Origin: Planctomycetota bacterium
GTDB taxonomy: Bacteria > Planctomycetota > Phycisphaerae > Phycisphaerales > SM1A02
DNA length: 41,623 bases
NCBI GenBank assembly: GCA_041163725.1
Contig: JBEAQW010000166.1
Location: 1 to 41,623, forward strand
Direction of reading: 5' to 3'
This document shows, in pieces, positions 8,584 to 17,439 of this stretch. Positions within the stretch are counted from its first letter, which is position 1, and each line of letters starts with the position of its first letter. Below the pieces are notes generated by a model. The model was given only the letters and a program-made list of their open reading frames with translations, was not told the DNA's origin and searched no databases. The translations under genes and the position numbers were made by a program.

Positions 8584-9210
8584 ATGTCGAACGCCGCCTA
8601 CCCGGAATCCGTCCGACGACTCATCGACGCGTTCGCGGCGATGCCCGGCATCGGCCGTCGCAGCGCGGAGCGGCTTGCGTTCCATGTGCTGCGCCAGTCG
8701 CCGGCGGAAGCGCTCGAGCTCGCGCGCGCCGTCGAGGATGTGAAGCGGAAGGTGAAGCACTGCAGCGTGTGCTGGAGTCTCTCCGACGCCGATCCGTGCC
8801 CGATCTGCGCGGATCCGAGGCGCGACGCCTCGACGGTGCTCGTGGTCGAGCAGCCGAAGGATCTGCTTGTGATGGAGAAGACGGGACTCTTCCGCGGCGT
8901 CTACCACGTGCTGCTCGGCAGGCTCGATCCGCTCGGAGGCGTCGGCCCCGACGCCATCACGGTCGACGCACTGCTCGCGCGCATGGACACTCCGGCGAAG
9001 AACGCACGCGGCGCGCCCGTGACCGAGATCATCCTCGGCCTGAATCCCGACCTCGAGGGCGACACCACCGCGCTGTGGATCGCGCGCGAGGCGGGGGAGC
9101 GCGGCGTGCGGTCGACGCGCCTCGCCCGCGGCCTGCCCAGCGGCTCGCAGCTCGAGTTCGCGAACCCCGCGGTCATCGGCGACGCGCTCAAGGGCCGGAC
9201 GAGTCTCTAG
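8584..9210 (+). CDS. recR: Recombination protein RecR
   Basis: HhH N-terminus (LIDAFAAMPGIGRRSAERLAFHVL), a C4 zinc finger (CSVCWSLSDADPCPIC) and a Toprim segment (VLVVEQPKDLLVMEKTG) are all present. Confidence 0.95.
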   Translation: MSNAAYPESVRRLIDAFAAMPGIGRRSAERLAFHVLRQSPAEALELARAVEDVKRKVKHCSVCWSLSDADPCPICADPRRDASTVLVVEQPKDLLVMEKTGLFRGVYHVLLGRLDPLGGVGPDAITVDALLARMDTPAKNARGAPVTEIILGLNPDLEGDTTALWIAREAGERGVRSTRLARGLPSGSQLEFANPAVIGDALKGRTSL

Positions 9211-9405
9211 CGCAGCCTCGCGCCGGTGGCGCAACCTGCATCGCCGCCAAAAACCGTGCCACTCCCCCCGAAGACCGCCCTGAAACTCGAAAAATGGCGG
9301 CTCGCTGCTGCCTTCTCCCCCATGGACGGTCGATAGCATCGAAACCACCGTCCACCCTCGGAGGATCCGAGGGTTTGCCCGGAAGGGCAGCAAGGGCTCA
9401 CCGAC

Positions 9406-10911
9406 ATGGCAGGGATGCGCTTCGAGACATCACAGGGCATGAAGCTCGGTCAGACCATGGGTCTGTCGCCGAAGCTCATCCAGTCGGCGGAGATCCTGCA
9501 ACTGAACTCGATGGAGCTCCAGGAGCGGATCGAGCAGGAGATCGAGAAGAACTTCGCGCTGGAGCTCGTGATGCCCGGCGCATCCGACGACGGCGATGCC
9601 CGGCGCGAGCGTCATCTCGAGGAGGCGCCCCAGGGTGGCGGCTCGACCGAGTTCGAGCGCCTGCGCCGTCTCGAGCGCCAGTACGGCGAGCAGTGGAACT
9701 CCGACGGCGATTCCCGGCGCGCGACCCGCGACAACCGCGAGCGCGATCCGAAGATGGACGCCATGGCGAACGCGCCCTCCCGCGGCGCGAGCCTCGCCGA
9801 CCAGCTGCTCGAGCAGTGGCGCTTCGCCGAGATCCACGATCCCTCGCTGCGCGTCGCCGGCGCGCGGCTCATCGAGTACATCGACGACGACGGCCTCATG
9901 CAGACGCCGCTCGAGACGGTCCGCGAGCAGAGCGCGCACCTCGCCGGCTGCGACTGGGCGATCGATACGCTCAAGCTCGCGCTCGAGCGCCTGCAGCAGG
10001 AACTCGAGCCGCGCGGGATCGGCGCGACCAGCGTGCGCGAGGCGCTGCTCATCGAGGCCCGCGCGTATCTCGACGAGGAAACCGATCTCGACCGCGCCGA
10101 GGCGTGGGGCGATGCCATCGCGCTCATCGAGAAGCACTACGACGACCTGCTGCACAACCGCATCCCGCGCATCCGCGAGTCGAACGGCTGGAACTCCGAC
10201 CGCCTCGACCGCGCACGCGCCTGCCTGAAGCGCCTCGATCCGAATCCCGGACGCGAGCTCGTCCCCCCCGAGTCGACCGCGATCGTGCCCGATGTCATCG
10301 TCGAGTACGACCCGGACTCCGGCGACTACACCGCCCGCCTCGCCGACGAGCTCATGCCGCGCGTGCGCGTCTCGCCCGACTACGAGGCGATGGTGAAGGA
10401 CATCGAGCTCGATACCAAGGCGCGCAGCTTCGTCGCCGAGAGCCTGCGCGCCGCACGGTCGATCATCGAGGCCATCGAGCAGCGCAACACGACCCTCATG
10501 CGCGTCGTGCGCGTGGTGCTCGCGCGCCAGCGCGAGTGGTTCGAGCAGGGGCCCCAGCACCTCCGGCCTCTTCCGATGATCGAGGTCGCCGACATGCTCG
10601 GCATCCATGTGGCGACCGTCTCGCGCGCCGTGAGCGGCAAGTGGATGCATACGCCGCGCGGCGTCGTCCTCATGCGCGACTTCTTCTCCCTCGGCACCGA
10701 GAACGCCGCGGGCGAGGAGATGTCGTGGAACGCGATCAAGGCGATGGTCGAGGAGATCGTCGGCGCGGAGGACAAGGCGAAGCCGCTCTCCGACAACCAG
10801 ATCGCCGAGGCGCTGAAGGCGAAGGGCGTCACGATCGCCCGTCGCACCGTGGTGAAGTACCGCGACCAGCTCGGCATCCCGGCCGCGCCGCTGCGCAAGA
10901 TCCACTCCTGA
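9406..10911 (+). CDS. rpoN: RNA polymerase sigma-54 factor
   Basis: Region I (LSPKLIQSAEILQLNSMELQERIEQEIEKN), an HTH (EVADMLGIHVATVSRAV) and the RpoN box (ARRTVVKYRDQLGIP) are present. Confidence 0.95.
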   Translation: MAGMRFETSQGMKLGQTMGLSPKLIQSAEILQLNSMELQERIEQEIEKNFALELVMPGASDDGDARRERHLEEAPQGGGSTEFERLRRLERQYGEQWNSDGDSRRATRDNRERDPKMDAMANAPSRGASLADQLLEQWRFAEIHDPSLRVAGARLIEYIDDDGLMQTPLETVREQSAHLAGCDWAIDTLKLALERLQQELEPRGIGATSVREALLIEARAYLDEETDLDRAEAWGDAIALIEKHYDDLLHNRIPRIRESNGWNSDRLDRARACLKRLDPNPGRELVPPESTAIVPDVIVEYDPDSGDYTARLADELMPRVRVSPDYEAMVKDIELDTKARSFVAESLRAARSIIEAIEQRNTTLMRVVRVVLARQREWFEQGPQHLRPLPMIEVADMLGIHVATVSRAVSGKWMHTPRGVVLMRDFFSLGTENAAGEEMSWNAIKAMVEEIVGAEDKAKPLSDNQIAEALKAKGVTIARRTVVKYRDQLGIPAAPLRKIHS

Positions 10912-10991
10912 CGCGCGCGGCCGCCCCTCGGCGGGCATCATCCGAAGTCCCTACACTCCGATCCGCGCCCATGGCGCGGACAGGAGTCTGC

Positions 10992-11861
10992 ATGAAGGTC
11001 TGGATCGATGGCGAACTCGTGGACAAGGATCACGCGAAGGTGTCGGTGTACGACCACGGGTTCCTCTACGGGGACGGCGTGTTCGAGGGCATCCGCGCCT
11101 ACAACGGCCGCATCCTCAAGCTGAAGTCGCACCTCGACCGCCTTGCGGCGAGCGCGAAGGCGATCCACCTGACGATGCAGTACACGATGCGCGAGATCGA
11201 GCAGGCGGTCCGGCACACGGTCGAGGCGAACGGCCTGCGCGATGCATACATCCGGCTCGTCGTCTCCCGTGGCGCGGGTACGCTCGGACTCAATCCGTTC
11301 AACTGCCCGAAGCCCTGCACGGTCGTCATCGTGGGGCGCATCCAGCTCTATCCGCCCGAGATGTACGAGAACGGCATGCCGATCATCGTCGCCAAGCGGC
11401 CGCGCATCCCGGTCGAGTGCCTCGATCCGGCGGTGAAGAGCCTGAACTACCTGAACAACATCATGGCGAAGGTCGAGGCGATCGAGGCCGGCGTGCCCGA
11501 GGCGCTCATGCTCAACACCGAGGGCCAGGTCGCCGAATGCACGGGTGACAACATCTTCTTCGTGCGCGGCGATCGCATCGTCACGCCGCCGGTCTCGGCG
11601 GGCATCCTCAACGGCGTCACGCGCAACTTCGTGATGAACGACATCGCGCCCGCGTGCGGCGTCGCGGTCGAGGAGCGATCGACGAGGCTCGAGGATGTCT
11701 ACAACGCCGACGAGGTGTTCCTGACCGGCACCGCGGCCGAGGTGATCGGCGTCACCTCGATCGACGGCGAAACGGTCGCCGACGGAAAGGTCGGTCCGCT
11801 CACGCGCCGGCTGATCGCGGAGTTCCGCCGACGCGTCGCGGAGGATGCCCCGGAGGATTGA
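10992..11861 (+). CDS. ilvE: Branched-chain amino acid aminotransferase (class IV PLP enzyme)
   Basis: The N-terminus MKVWIDGELVDKDHAKVSVYDHGFLYGDGVFEGIRAYNGRI and the segments KSLNYLNNIMAKVEA...ECTGDNIFFV are typical of IlvE. Only the last 289 codons of the 1030-codon track ORF are used. Confidence 0.9.
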   Translation: MKVWIDGELVDKDHAKVSVYDHGFLYGDGVFEGIRAYNGRILKLKSHLDRLAASAKAIHLTMQYTMREIEQAVRHTVEANGLRDAYIRLVVSRGAGTLGLNPFNCPKPCTVVIVGRIQLYPPEMYENGMPIIVAKRPRIPVECLDPAVKSLNYLNNIMAKVEAIEAGVPEALMLNTEGQVAECTGDNIFFVRGDRIVTPPVSAGILNGVTRNFVMNDIAPACGVAVEERSTRLEDVYNADEVFLTGTAAEVIGVTSIDGETVADGKVGPLTRRLIAEFRRRVAEDAPED

Positions 11862-11958
11862 TCGCCGGCCCTGTCGGCACCGCGCTGCGGCGACCGGAGC
11901 GCGCTTGCGTCCTCGCAGGGGGTGATCGGAAGGCGTTGATTTCCCGGGAGGATCCGGC

Positions 11959-12861
11959 ATGAAGTGCAGGAAGTGCAGGTACAGCCTCTGGAAGCAGCCA
12001 CCGGCCGCAGCCGGCGCGCCGCGCGTCTGCACCGAGTGCGGCGAGGCGTATCGGATCGCCGACTTCGAGTTCCGGCGCGGTGTCGTGCGCTTCGCGTGCC
12101 CCGACTGCGGCACCGGCTACTACGGCACGACCGACAGCGGGCATCTCGATCCGCCCGTCTTCAAGTGCGTCGGATGCGGACGGGGACTCGAGATGGAGGA
12201 GTGTGTCGTCGAGCCCGATGGCCCATGGTCGGGCCCCGATGACGATGCGCGCTACATGCTCACCGCGGATCTGCCATGGCGCGAGGGCAGCGCGTCGTTG
12301 CGCAGTTGGTGGCGGACTGTGCGGGTCGCCTTCCGGAATCCAGGCGTGATCCCTGTGTCGCTCCCGGGTCAGCCGAGGATCGGGAAGGCCAGTGCCTTCC
12401 TCGCGATCATCGGATGGGCGGGAGCGCTGCTCGGCACGCTCCTCGCCGTGGTGTTCGCGCTCTTTTTGTTCGGCACGCAGCCGACGGGCGTCACGATGAT
12501 CGGCATGGGCTTGGGCGCCTTGCTGCTCCAGTTCGCGCTGGCGCCGTGCTTCCTCGCGGTGCAGGTGTTCCTCGGGACGGCGGGCGCGTGGATCGGCGCC
12601 GGACCAGATCGCGCCGCGTTCAGTCGCTACATCGAGGTCGGTTGCTACGCATCGGTCGGCATGCTGTTCATGAACATCCCCTTGGCCGGAGGTCTGGTGG
12701 GGCCGATCGTCGTCATGGTGCAGTCCATCATCGCATTCTCGCGCATGGCTCCCGCGGAACGCTCGGGTTTGTCGACCTTGCTCTGCGTGGTCGGCTCGAT
12801 CGTCGGCATGATCGCGGGATGCGGAAGCGGGGCGATCGTCGGCATGTTCCTCGGTGTATGA
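11959..12861 (+). CDS. Membrane protein with N-terminal tandem zinc-ribbon motifs
   Basis: CxxC pairs are present (CRKC...CTEC, CPDC...CVGC). They are followed by about five hydrophobic helices in a Yip1-like arrangement. RBS gggagga precedes the ATG. Confidence 0.7.
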   Translation: MKCRKCRYSLWKQPPAAAGAPRVCTECGEAYRIADFEFRRGVVRFACPDCGTGYYGTTDSGHLDPPVFKCVGCGRGLEMEECVVEPDGPWSGPDDDARYMLTADLPWREGSASLRSWWRTVRVAFRNPGVIPVSLPGQPRIGKASAFLAIIGWAGALLGTLLAVVFALFLFGTQPTGVTMIGMGLGALLLQFALAPCFLAVQVFLGTAGAWIGAGPDRAAFSRYIEVGCYASVGMLFMNIPLAGGLVGPIVVMVQSIIAFSRMAPAERSGLSTLLCVVGSIVGMIAGCGSGAIVGMFLGV

Positions 12862-12932
12862 CAGGGCGCGTGCGGCGGGTCACGGAGAACGCTTCGGGTT
12901 GAGCCAAACATCCCGCACGCGATCATCGCGAA

Positions 12933-13121
12933 GTGCGCTGCACCCGCATCGGCTTCGTGCGCGCGTACGAGCACCTCGCCTACGCGTCGGCGATCGTGGT
13001 GGTCCTCGGATTCCTCGTCGGTGGTTTCCTCCCGCGATCGAACCTGGGAAGGACGATCGGGCGGGCGTCCGCGACGACCATCGTCCCTACACGCGGATCG
13101 ACTCCCAGCGGCCCCACTTGA
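12933..13121 (+). CDS. Possible small single-pass membrane protein
   Basis: 62-codon GTG ORF whose first ~38 codons are ~90% G/C at position 3. It has one hydrophobic helix (YASAIVVVLGFLVGGFL). There is no RBS, and its 3' end overlaps the convergent MATE gene by 35 nt. Confidence 0.25.
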   Translation: MRCTRIGFVRAYEHLAYASAIVVVLGFLVGGFLPRSNLGRTIGRASATTIVPTRGSTPSGPT

Positions 13122-14718
13122 AGCGCGCGAGGAACATCGTTCCGCGCACCGCGAGTTCGAGCATGAGTCCCCACCAGATGCCGACGAGTCCGTACTCGAG
13201 GTGGATGCCGAGGAACCACGCCAGCGGCAGGCGGATGCCGTAGCAGCCGAACACCGTGATCGCGAGGATCCACTTCGTGTCGCCGACGCCGCGCAGTCCG
13301 TTGCGGATCACCATGGCGAACGCGAAGAAGGCCTGGATGCTGCCTGCCGCGATGAGCAGCTTCGGCACGAGCGCAAGGTGGATCGGATCGTTCGAGATGA
13401 TGCGCGTGAGCTGCTCGCCGAAGAGCATGAACACCACGCCCATCGACGACATGATCGCGGTTCCGATCAGCGTGCAGCGCCAGATGGCGCGCCGCGCAAG
13501 CGCCGCGTTGCCCGCGCCGATGTACTGGCCCGCGAGCGCGCCCGCGGCGGTTCCCATGGCGAAGCCGGGAAGGAACGAGAACGCCTCCCACTGCACGGTG
13601 ATGATGTGCGCTCCGACGAGCCCTTCCTTGCCCGCGTCGGCGCGTTCCCCGAGCCCGATGCCGAGTTCCGCGACCTTCCCGATGTAGCCCAGCACGAGCA
13701 GGTTCACGAACCACATCGCGAGACCTTCGAGCAGATTCGGCACGCCCACGCGCACGATGCGCCACGCCATCGGGCGGTCGAGCGGGAGATCCGCGTTCTC
13801 GAGCCGCAGGTCCTTCACGCCGCTGCGGAGGACCGACCAGGTCAGCCATGCGCCGACCGCGTAGGAGATCGAGCTGCCCGCGGCGATTCCGAACACGCCC
13901 CAGTCGCTGGGATCGAGAGGGGAGGGATTGGGAATCACCGAGCCGAACGCGCGGATCGTCGCGCCCGACAGAAGCCACGAGGCCACGCAGTTGACGAGGT
14001 TCACCCACACCGCGATCCGGAACGGTCGGTGCGCCTCGCCCGCACCGTGCAGGCACATGCCGCCCACCATCATGATGCCGCAGAAGGGGATGCCGTACGC
14101 AAGCGTGCGCACATAGGTGACGCAGTGCTCGGTGGCGGCGGGGGAGAGGTTCGAGTACTCGGCGAGCGGGCGTGCGAGCCCCATCATCAGCAGTGCGACC
14201 GCGAGGCCCCACGCGAACGCGAGCGTCATCGACTGCCCGAGCGCCCGATGGCTCTCGCGAAGGTCGCCCGAGCCCATGCCGCGCGCGATGATCGCCTGCC
14301 CGCCGACGCCGAGGCCCGTCATCGCGATGCCGATGAACCAGCCGACGAAGCTTCCGATGCCCACGCCGTCCATCGCAGGGCGCGCGACCTCCATGGGGAG
14401 GTTGCCCGCGAGCAGCTTGTCGACGAAACCGACGCCGGCCGCCATCGTCTGCTGGAGGAGCACCGGCAGCGCCAGGATCCAGATCGCCTGCGACATCGAC
14501 TTACCCGCGAGCCGGCCGGCGCGGATGACGCCTTCGTCGTCGGGAATCGCCTCCTGTCGGATCACCGCGCTCTCGATGAGCATCGGGTCCTCGGGCGACG
14601 CGGCGCTCTCGAGCAACACGCGCTCCTCGAGCGCCGCGACCTCCGCCGCCGGAAGCGGCTCGAGCGGACCCGGTTCGCGTCCGGGACTTCCGTCGCCCTC
14701 GTCGTGCGAGGCGGTCAT
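13087..14718 (-). CDS. MATE family efflux transporter
   Basis: Twelve-helix MATE-like sequence (SQAIWILALPVLLQQTMAAGVGFVDKLLAG...). The start is set at ATG 14718 (MTASHDEG), which overlaps the stop of the upstream gene by 4 nt. The longer track ORF to 14991 was rejected. Confidence 0.9.
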   Translation of the reverse strand: MTASHDEGDGSPGREPGPLEPLPAAEVAALEERVLLESAASPEDPMLIESAVIRQEAIPDDEGVIRAGRLAGKSMSQAIWILALPVLLQQTMAAGVGFVDKLLAGNLPMEVARPAMDGVGIGSFVGWFIGIAMTGLGVGGQAIIARGMGSGDLRESHRALGQSMTLAFAWGLAVALLMMGLARPLAEYSNLSPAATEHCVTYVRTLAYGIPFCGIMMVGGMCLHGAGEAHRPFRIAVWVNLVNCVASWLLSGATIRAFGSVIPNPSPLDPSDWGVFGIAAGSSISYAVGAWLTWSVLRSGVKDLRLENADLPLDRPMAWRIVRVGVPNLLEGLAMWFVNLLVLGYIGKVAELGIGLGERADAGKEGLVGAHIITVQWEAFSFLPGFAMGTAAGALAGQYIGAGNAALARRAIWRCTLIGTAIMSSMGVVFMLFGEQLTRIISNDPIHLALVPKLLIAAGSIQAFFAFAMVIRNGLRGVGDTKWILAITVFGCYGIRLPLAWFLGIHLEYGLVGIWWGLMLELAVRGTMFLARFKWGRWESIRV

Positions 14719-15725
14719 CGCGTCACCTGCACCAGCACCGAGAACACATCCGGCTCGGCAAGCATGGCGATCGCCTTCGGGGCATCGGCCAGACCGACGC
14801 GGCGCGAGATGAGCGGAGAGGGATCGATGGCGCGCCGTGCGAGGCGTTCGATCGCCGCACCGAGCGGGCCGAAGCCGGAACCGTGGACCTCGATCTCGTC
14901 GAGCGCGATCTGGGAGAGGTCGACCGCGACCGGAGCGCGGGCCGAGATGCCCGCGACGACGACATGTCCGCGTGCGCGCGCCATCCGGCACGATGCGACG
15001 ATCGTCTCGGCCGAACCCGTGGTGTCGATCACGATCTCCTGGTCGCCGCGGCGACCGGTCTCGGCGAGCGCGCGGTGACGGATGCCGAACTGCTCGCCCA
15101 TGCGGAGCGTCGCATCGCTCGTCGCCACGAGACGCGCGAACTGGTTCTCCTCGACGGCGACGAGCGTCGTCAGCACCGCGAGCAGATCGTCGCCGAGCAC
15201 GCTCGCGTAGGTGCGCTTGTCGACGCCGCTGCGGCGCACCGCCTCGACCGCGCGCGCGAGCGGCACGGCGAACACCGCGAGCTCATCATCGAGATCGCGC
15301 GGAAGCGGTGCGCAGGCCGCGGCCGGAATGGCCAGCAGCTCGCTCATGCCGCCCGATGCGTCGTCCACACCGAGGATCGTCCGCAGTCCGCAGTGCATCG
15401 CGAGCCCGCCCATGCATCGCTCGCAGCGTCCGCACGAGAACACCGGCTGGATGGCGACACGCGTACCCGCCGCGATCAGTCCACCGGCGCGCGATGCATC
15501 CTCGACGACGCCCACGCACGAAGTGCCGAGCGCACGCGCGCCGCCGCTGGCGGTGCCGAGCCCCCGCGCGACCTCGCGCTCGAGCCGCGTGGCCAGCGCA
15601 AGCGTCGGGCGGACGAGCACCGTTCCATCGGAATCGGCTCGCGGACGCGGCCGGGTCTCGACCCGAACACCGCCATCGGCTGCGACGGCGCAGCGGATCG
15701 ACGATCCCGTCGCGACGGCGTTCAT
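14715..15725 (-). CDS. MDR (zinc-type alcohol/threonine dehydrogenase-like) family protein, possibly non-catalytic
   Basis: The structural-zinc motif CGRCERCMGGLAMHC and the overall MDR layout are present. Positions aligned by eye to the catalytic Cys and His-Glu, and the GxGxxG motif, are substituted (see finding). Confidence 0.8.
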   Translation of the reverse strand: MNAVATGSSIRCAVAADGGVRVETRPRPRADSDGTVLVRPTLALATRLEREVARGLGTASGGARALGTSCVGVVEDASRAGGLIAAGTRVAIQPVFSCGRCERCMGGLAMHCGLRTILGVDDASGGMSELLAIPAAACAPLPRDLDDELAVFAVPLARAVEAVRRSGVDKRTYASVLGDDLLAVLTTLVAVEENQFARLVATSDATLRMGEQFGIRHRALAETGRRGDQEIVIDTTGSAETIVASCRMARARGHVVVAGISARAPVAVDLSQIALDEIEVHGSGFGPLGAAIERLARRAIDPSPLISRRVGLADAPKAIAMLAEPDVFSVLVQVTR

Positions 15726-16621
15726 GGCGTGCGCGGCGCTCCTTCTGCTTCCCGCTTCTCCGGCGCGCCCGTCGGTTCCGGCGAACCGGACGCAGCGCCC
15801 GTGTCACCGCGCATGTCGCCGGTACGGCGCGCGCCCGCGTCGTTCATACCCATCGCCTGCATGCCGGCCGGCACACCCGGCTGCTCGAACGACACCGGAT
15901 CCCAGAAGGCGATGTCGTCCCAGATGTCGAGTTCGCGCACGAAGGTCGGGTACAGGTAGGGGGGCGATTCGAGCAGCGGGGGCTTCGCCGTCACCATGTG
16001 ACGGAGCCACGCATCCTCCTCGATTCCGTAGTCCTTGCCCGTGATCGTGCGCAGCGAGTCGAGCGCGGCGAGATTCACCGCGAGTTCGCGCTGCGAGAGT
16101 GCGGCCACGAGCGCGTTGAACACGGCGGGCGTCGGATACTGCCCGAGCGAGATCGCGAGTTCGGTGCGGATGTCCGAGTCCTCGTCGACATTCACGAGGC
16201 GCGTCCAGATGGTGTCGGCGACCGCCGGGTCGTGCAGCCGCTGCAGCGCCTTCGCGGCGGCGAGCCGGACCTGCCGGTACGGGCTCTCGAGGTTGCGCGC
16301 GACGAGCGATGCGTCCTCGGTCGCGCCGTGCCGTCCGAGCGCCTGGATCGCCGCCGCACGCACGAGCGGATCGGGCGCGTCGGTCGCGTAGAGCCGGTAC
16401 ATCCGGAGATAGACCTCGGTGCCGCCCCACGGCGCGGTCGCGAGCAGGATCGTTCCGCGCCGCGCGTTCTCGCGGTCGTTCGGATCCGCCGCCCACGCCG
16501 CGGCCTGCGCGGGTGATGGCGGAATGATGCTCTGCGTGAACTGGTTGAGATCCGACGAGATCGTGTCGCAGCCCGCGGCGAGGCAAGCAGCGAGGATCAT
16601 CGGAACCAGAGGCTTTCGCAT
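15722..16621 (-). CDS. HEAT-repeat lipoprotein
   Basis: A lipobox signal peptide (MRKPLVPMILAACLAAGC) is followed by repeated HEAT-like helices (PLVRAAAIQALGRHG, YRQVRLAAAKALQRLHD, DSDIRTELAISLGQ). Confidence 0.8.
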   Translation of the reverse strand: MRKPLVPMILAACLAAGCDTISSDLNQFTQSIIPPSPAQAAAWAADPNDRENARRGTILLATAPWGGTEVYLRMYRLYATDAPDPLVRAAAIQALGRHGATEDASLVARNLESPYRQVRLAAAKALQRLHDPAVADTIWTRLVNVDEDSDIRTELAISLGQYPTPAVFNALVAALSQRELAVNLAALDSLRTITGKDYGIEEDAWLRHMVTAKPPLLESPPYLYPTFVRELDIWDDIAFWDPVSFEQPGVPAGMQAMGMNDAGARRTGDMRGDTGAASGSPEPTGAPEKREAEGAPRTP

Positions 16622-16676
16622 GGAGGGAGGGTAGCGGATGGCGCGACACCGTGGGCGGCGCTGCTACCCTGACCGC

Positions 16677-17330
16677 ATGGCTCTCAAGCTCGAACGCTTC
16701 GTCCTCGGAGACTTCCAGACCAACTGCTTCGTGGTCTGGGACGACACCGATCCGACGCGCACCTGCTGGATCGTCGACTGTTCGTACGCGCCCGAGCCGA
16801 TGCTCGATTTCGTCGAGAAGTCGGGCCTCAAGCCCTCGCTCTGCATCCTGACCCACTGCCACTGCGACCATGTCGCGGGCCTTGCGGCGATGCGACTCCG
16901 GCTCGGCCCCGTGAACACGCTCTGCCACCGTGCGGAGAAGGAGTTCAACGAGGATCCGAACCTCAACCTGTCGGCGTTCATCCCGCCGGGGCTGAGCGCG
17001 CCTCCTCCCGACGCATGCGTCGGAGGGGGAGAGATGCTTGAGCTCGGCAGCCACTACTTCCGCATCCTGCACACGCCCGGCCACTCGCCCGGTTCGATCA
17101 CGCTCTGGTGCCCCGAGGCGAACATGGCGATCGTCGGCGACACGCTCTTCGCCGGCAGCATGGGCCGGATCGACTTCCCGACCTCGAACCGCGACGACAT
17201 GCATCGGACGCTCCACGAGGTCCTGATGCGACTGCCCGACGAAACCGAGGTCCACCCGGGCCACGGTCCGTCGACGACGATCGGACGCGAGCGCGCAACC
17301 AACCCGTTCCTGCGACCGGGCGGCTTCTAG
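16677..17330 (+). CDS. MBL-fold metallo-hydrolase (glyoxalase II-like)
   Basis: The HxHxDH motif THCHCDHVAGL and later HTPGHSPGS and GDTLFAGSMGR segments are present. The start is set at ATG 16677 (MALKLERFVLG). Confidence 0.9.
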   Translation: MALKLERFVLGDFQTNCFVVWDDTDPTRTCWIVDCSYAPEPMLDFVEKSGLKPSLCILTHCHCDHVAGLAAMRLRLGPVNTLCHRAEKEFNEDPNLNLSAFIPPGLSAPPPDACVGGGEMLELGSHYFRILHTPGHSPGSITLWCPEANMAIVGDTLFAGSMGRIDFPTSNRDDMHRTLHEVLMRLPDETEVHPGHGPSTTIGRERATNPFLRPGGF

Positions 17331-17401
17331 CGGCCCGCGCGGAGCCGCGCGGCCGAGGGGCCTCGCCGAGGCTCCTCACCGGCGGCAGGCGCCCCGACCC
17401 G

Positions 17402-17430
17402 TCCACATCGGCTGCGCGCGGAGTTATACT
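17402..17430 (+). promoter_or_regulatory. Candidate sigma-70-type promoter just upstream of nuoD
   Basis: TCCACA (17402-17407), a 17-nt spacer, then TATACT (17425-17430). The nuoD ATG lies at 17440, so the leader would be very short or absent. This is by-eye prediction only. Confidence 0.3.
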
Positions 17431-17439
17431 CCTCCGCCT

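Noticed and set aside
8769-10991. First ~740 codons of the 1030-codon ORF 8769..11861
   Set aside because: This part overlaps recR and rpoN out of frame and is extremely Arg-rich. Only the segment from ATG 10992 matches an aminotransferase.
13021-15078. 685-codon plus-strand ORF, and 12980..14212 on the minus strand
   Set aside because: They are antisense or off-frame to the MATE transporter, whose 12-helix hydrophobic pattern is evident in the chosen frame.
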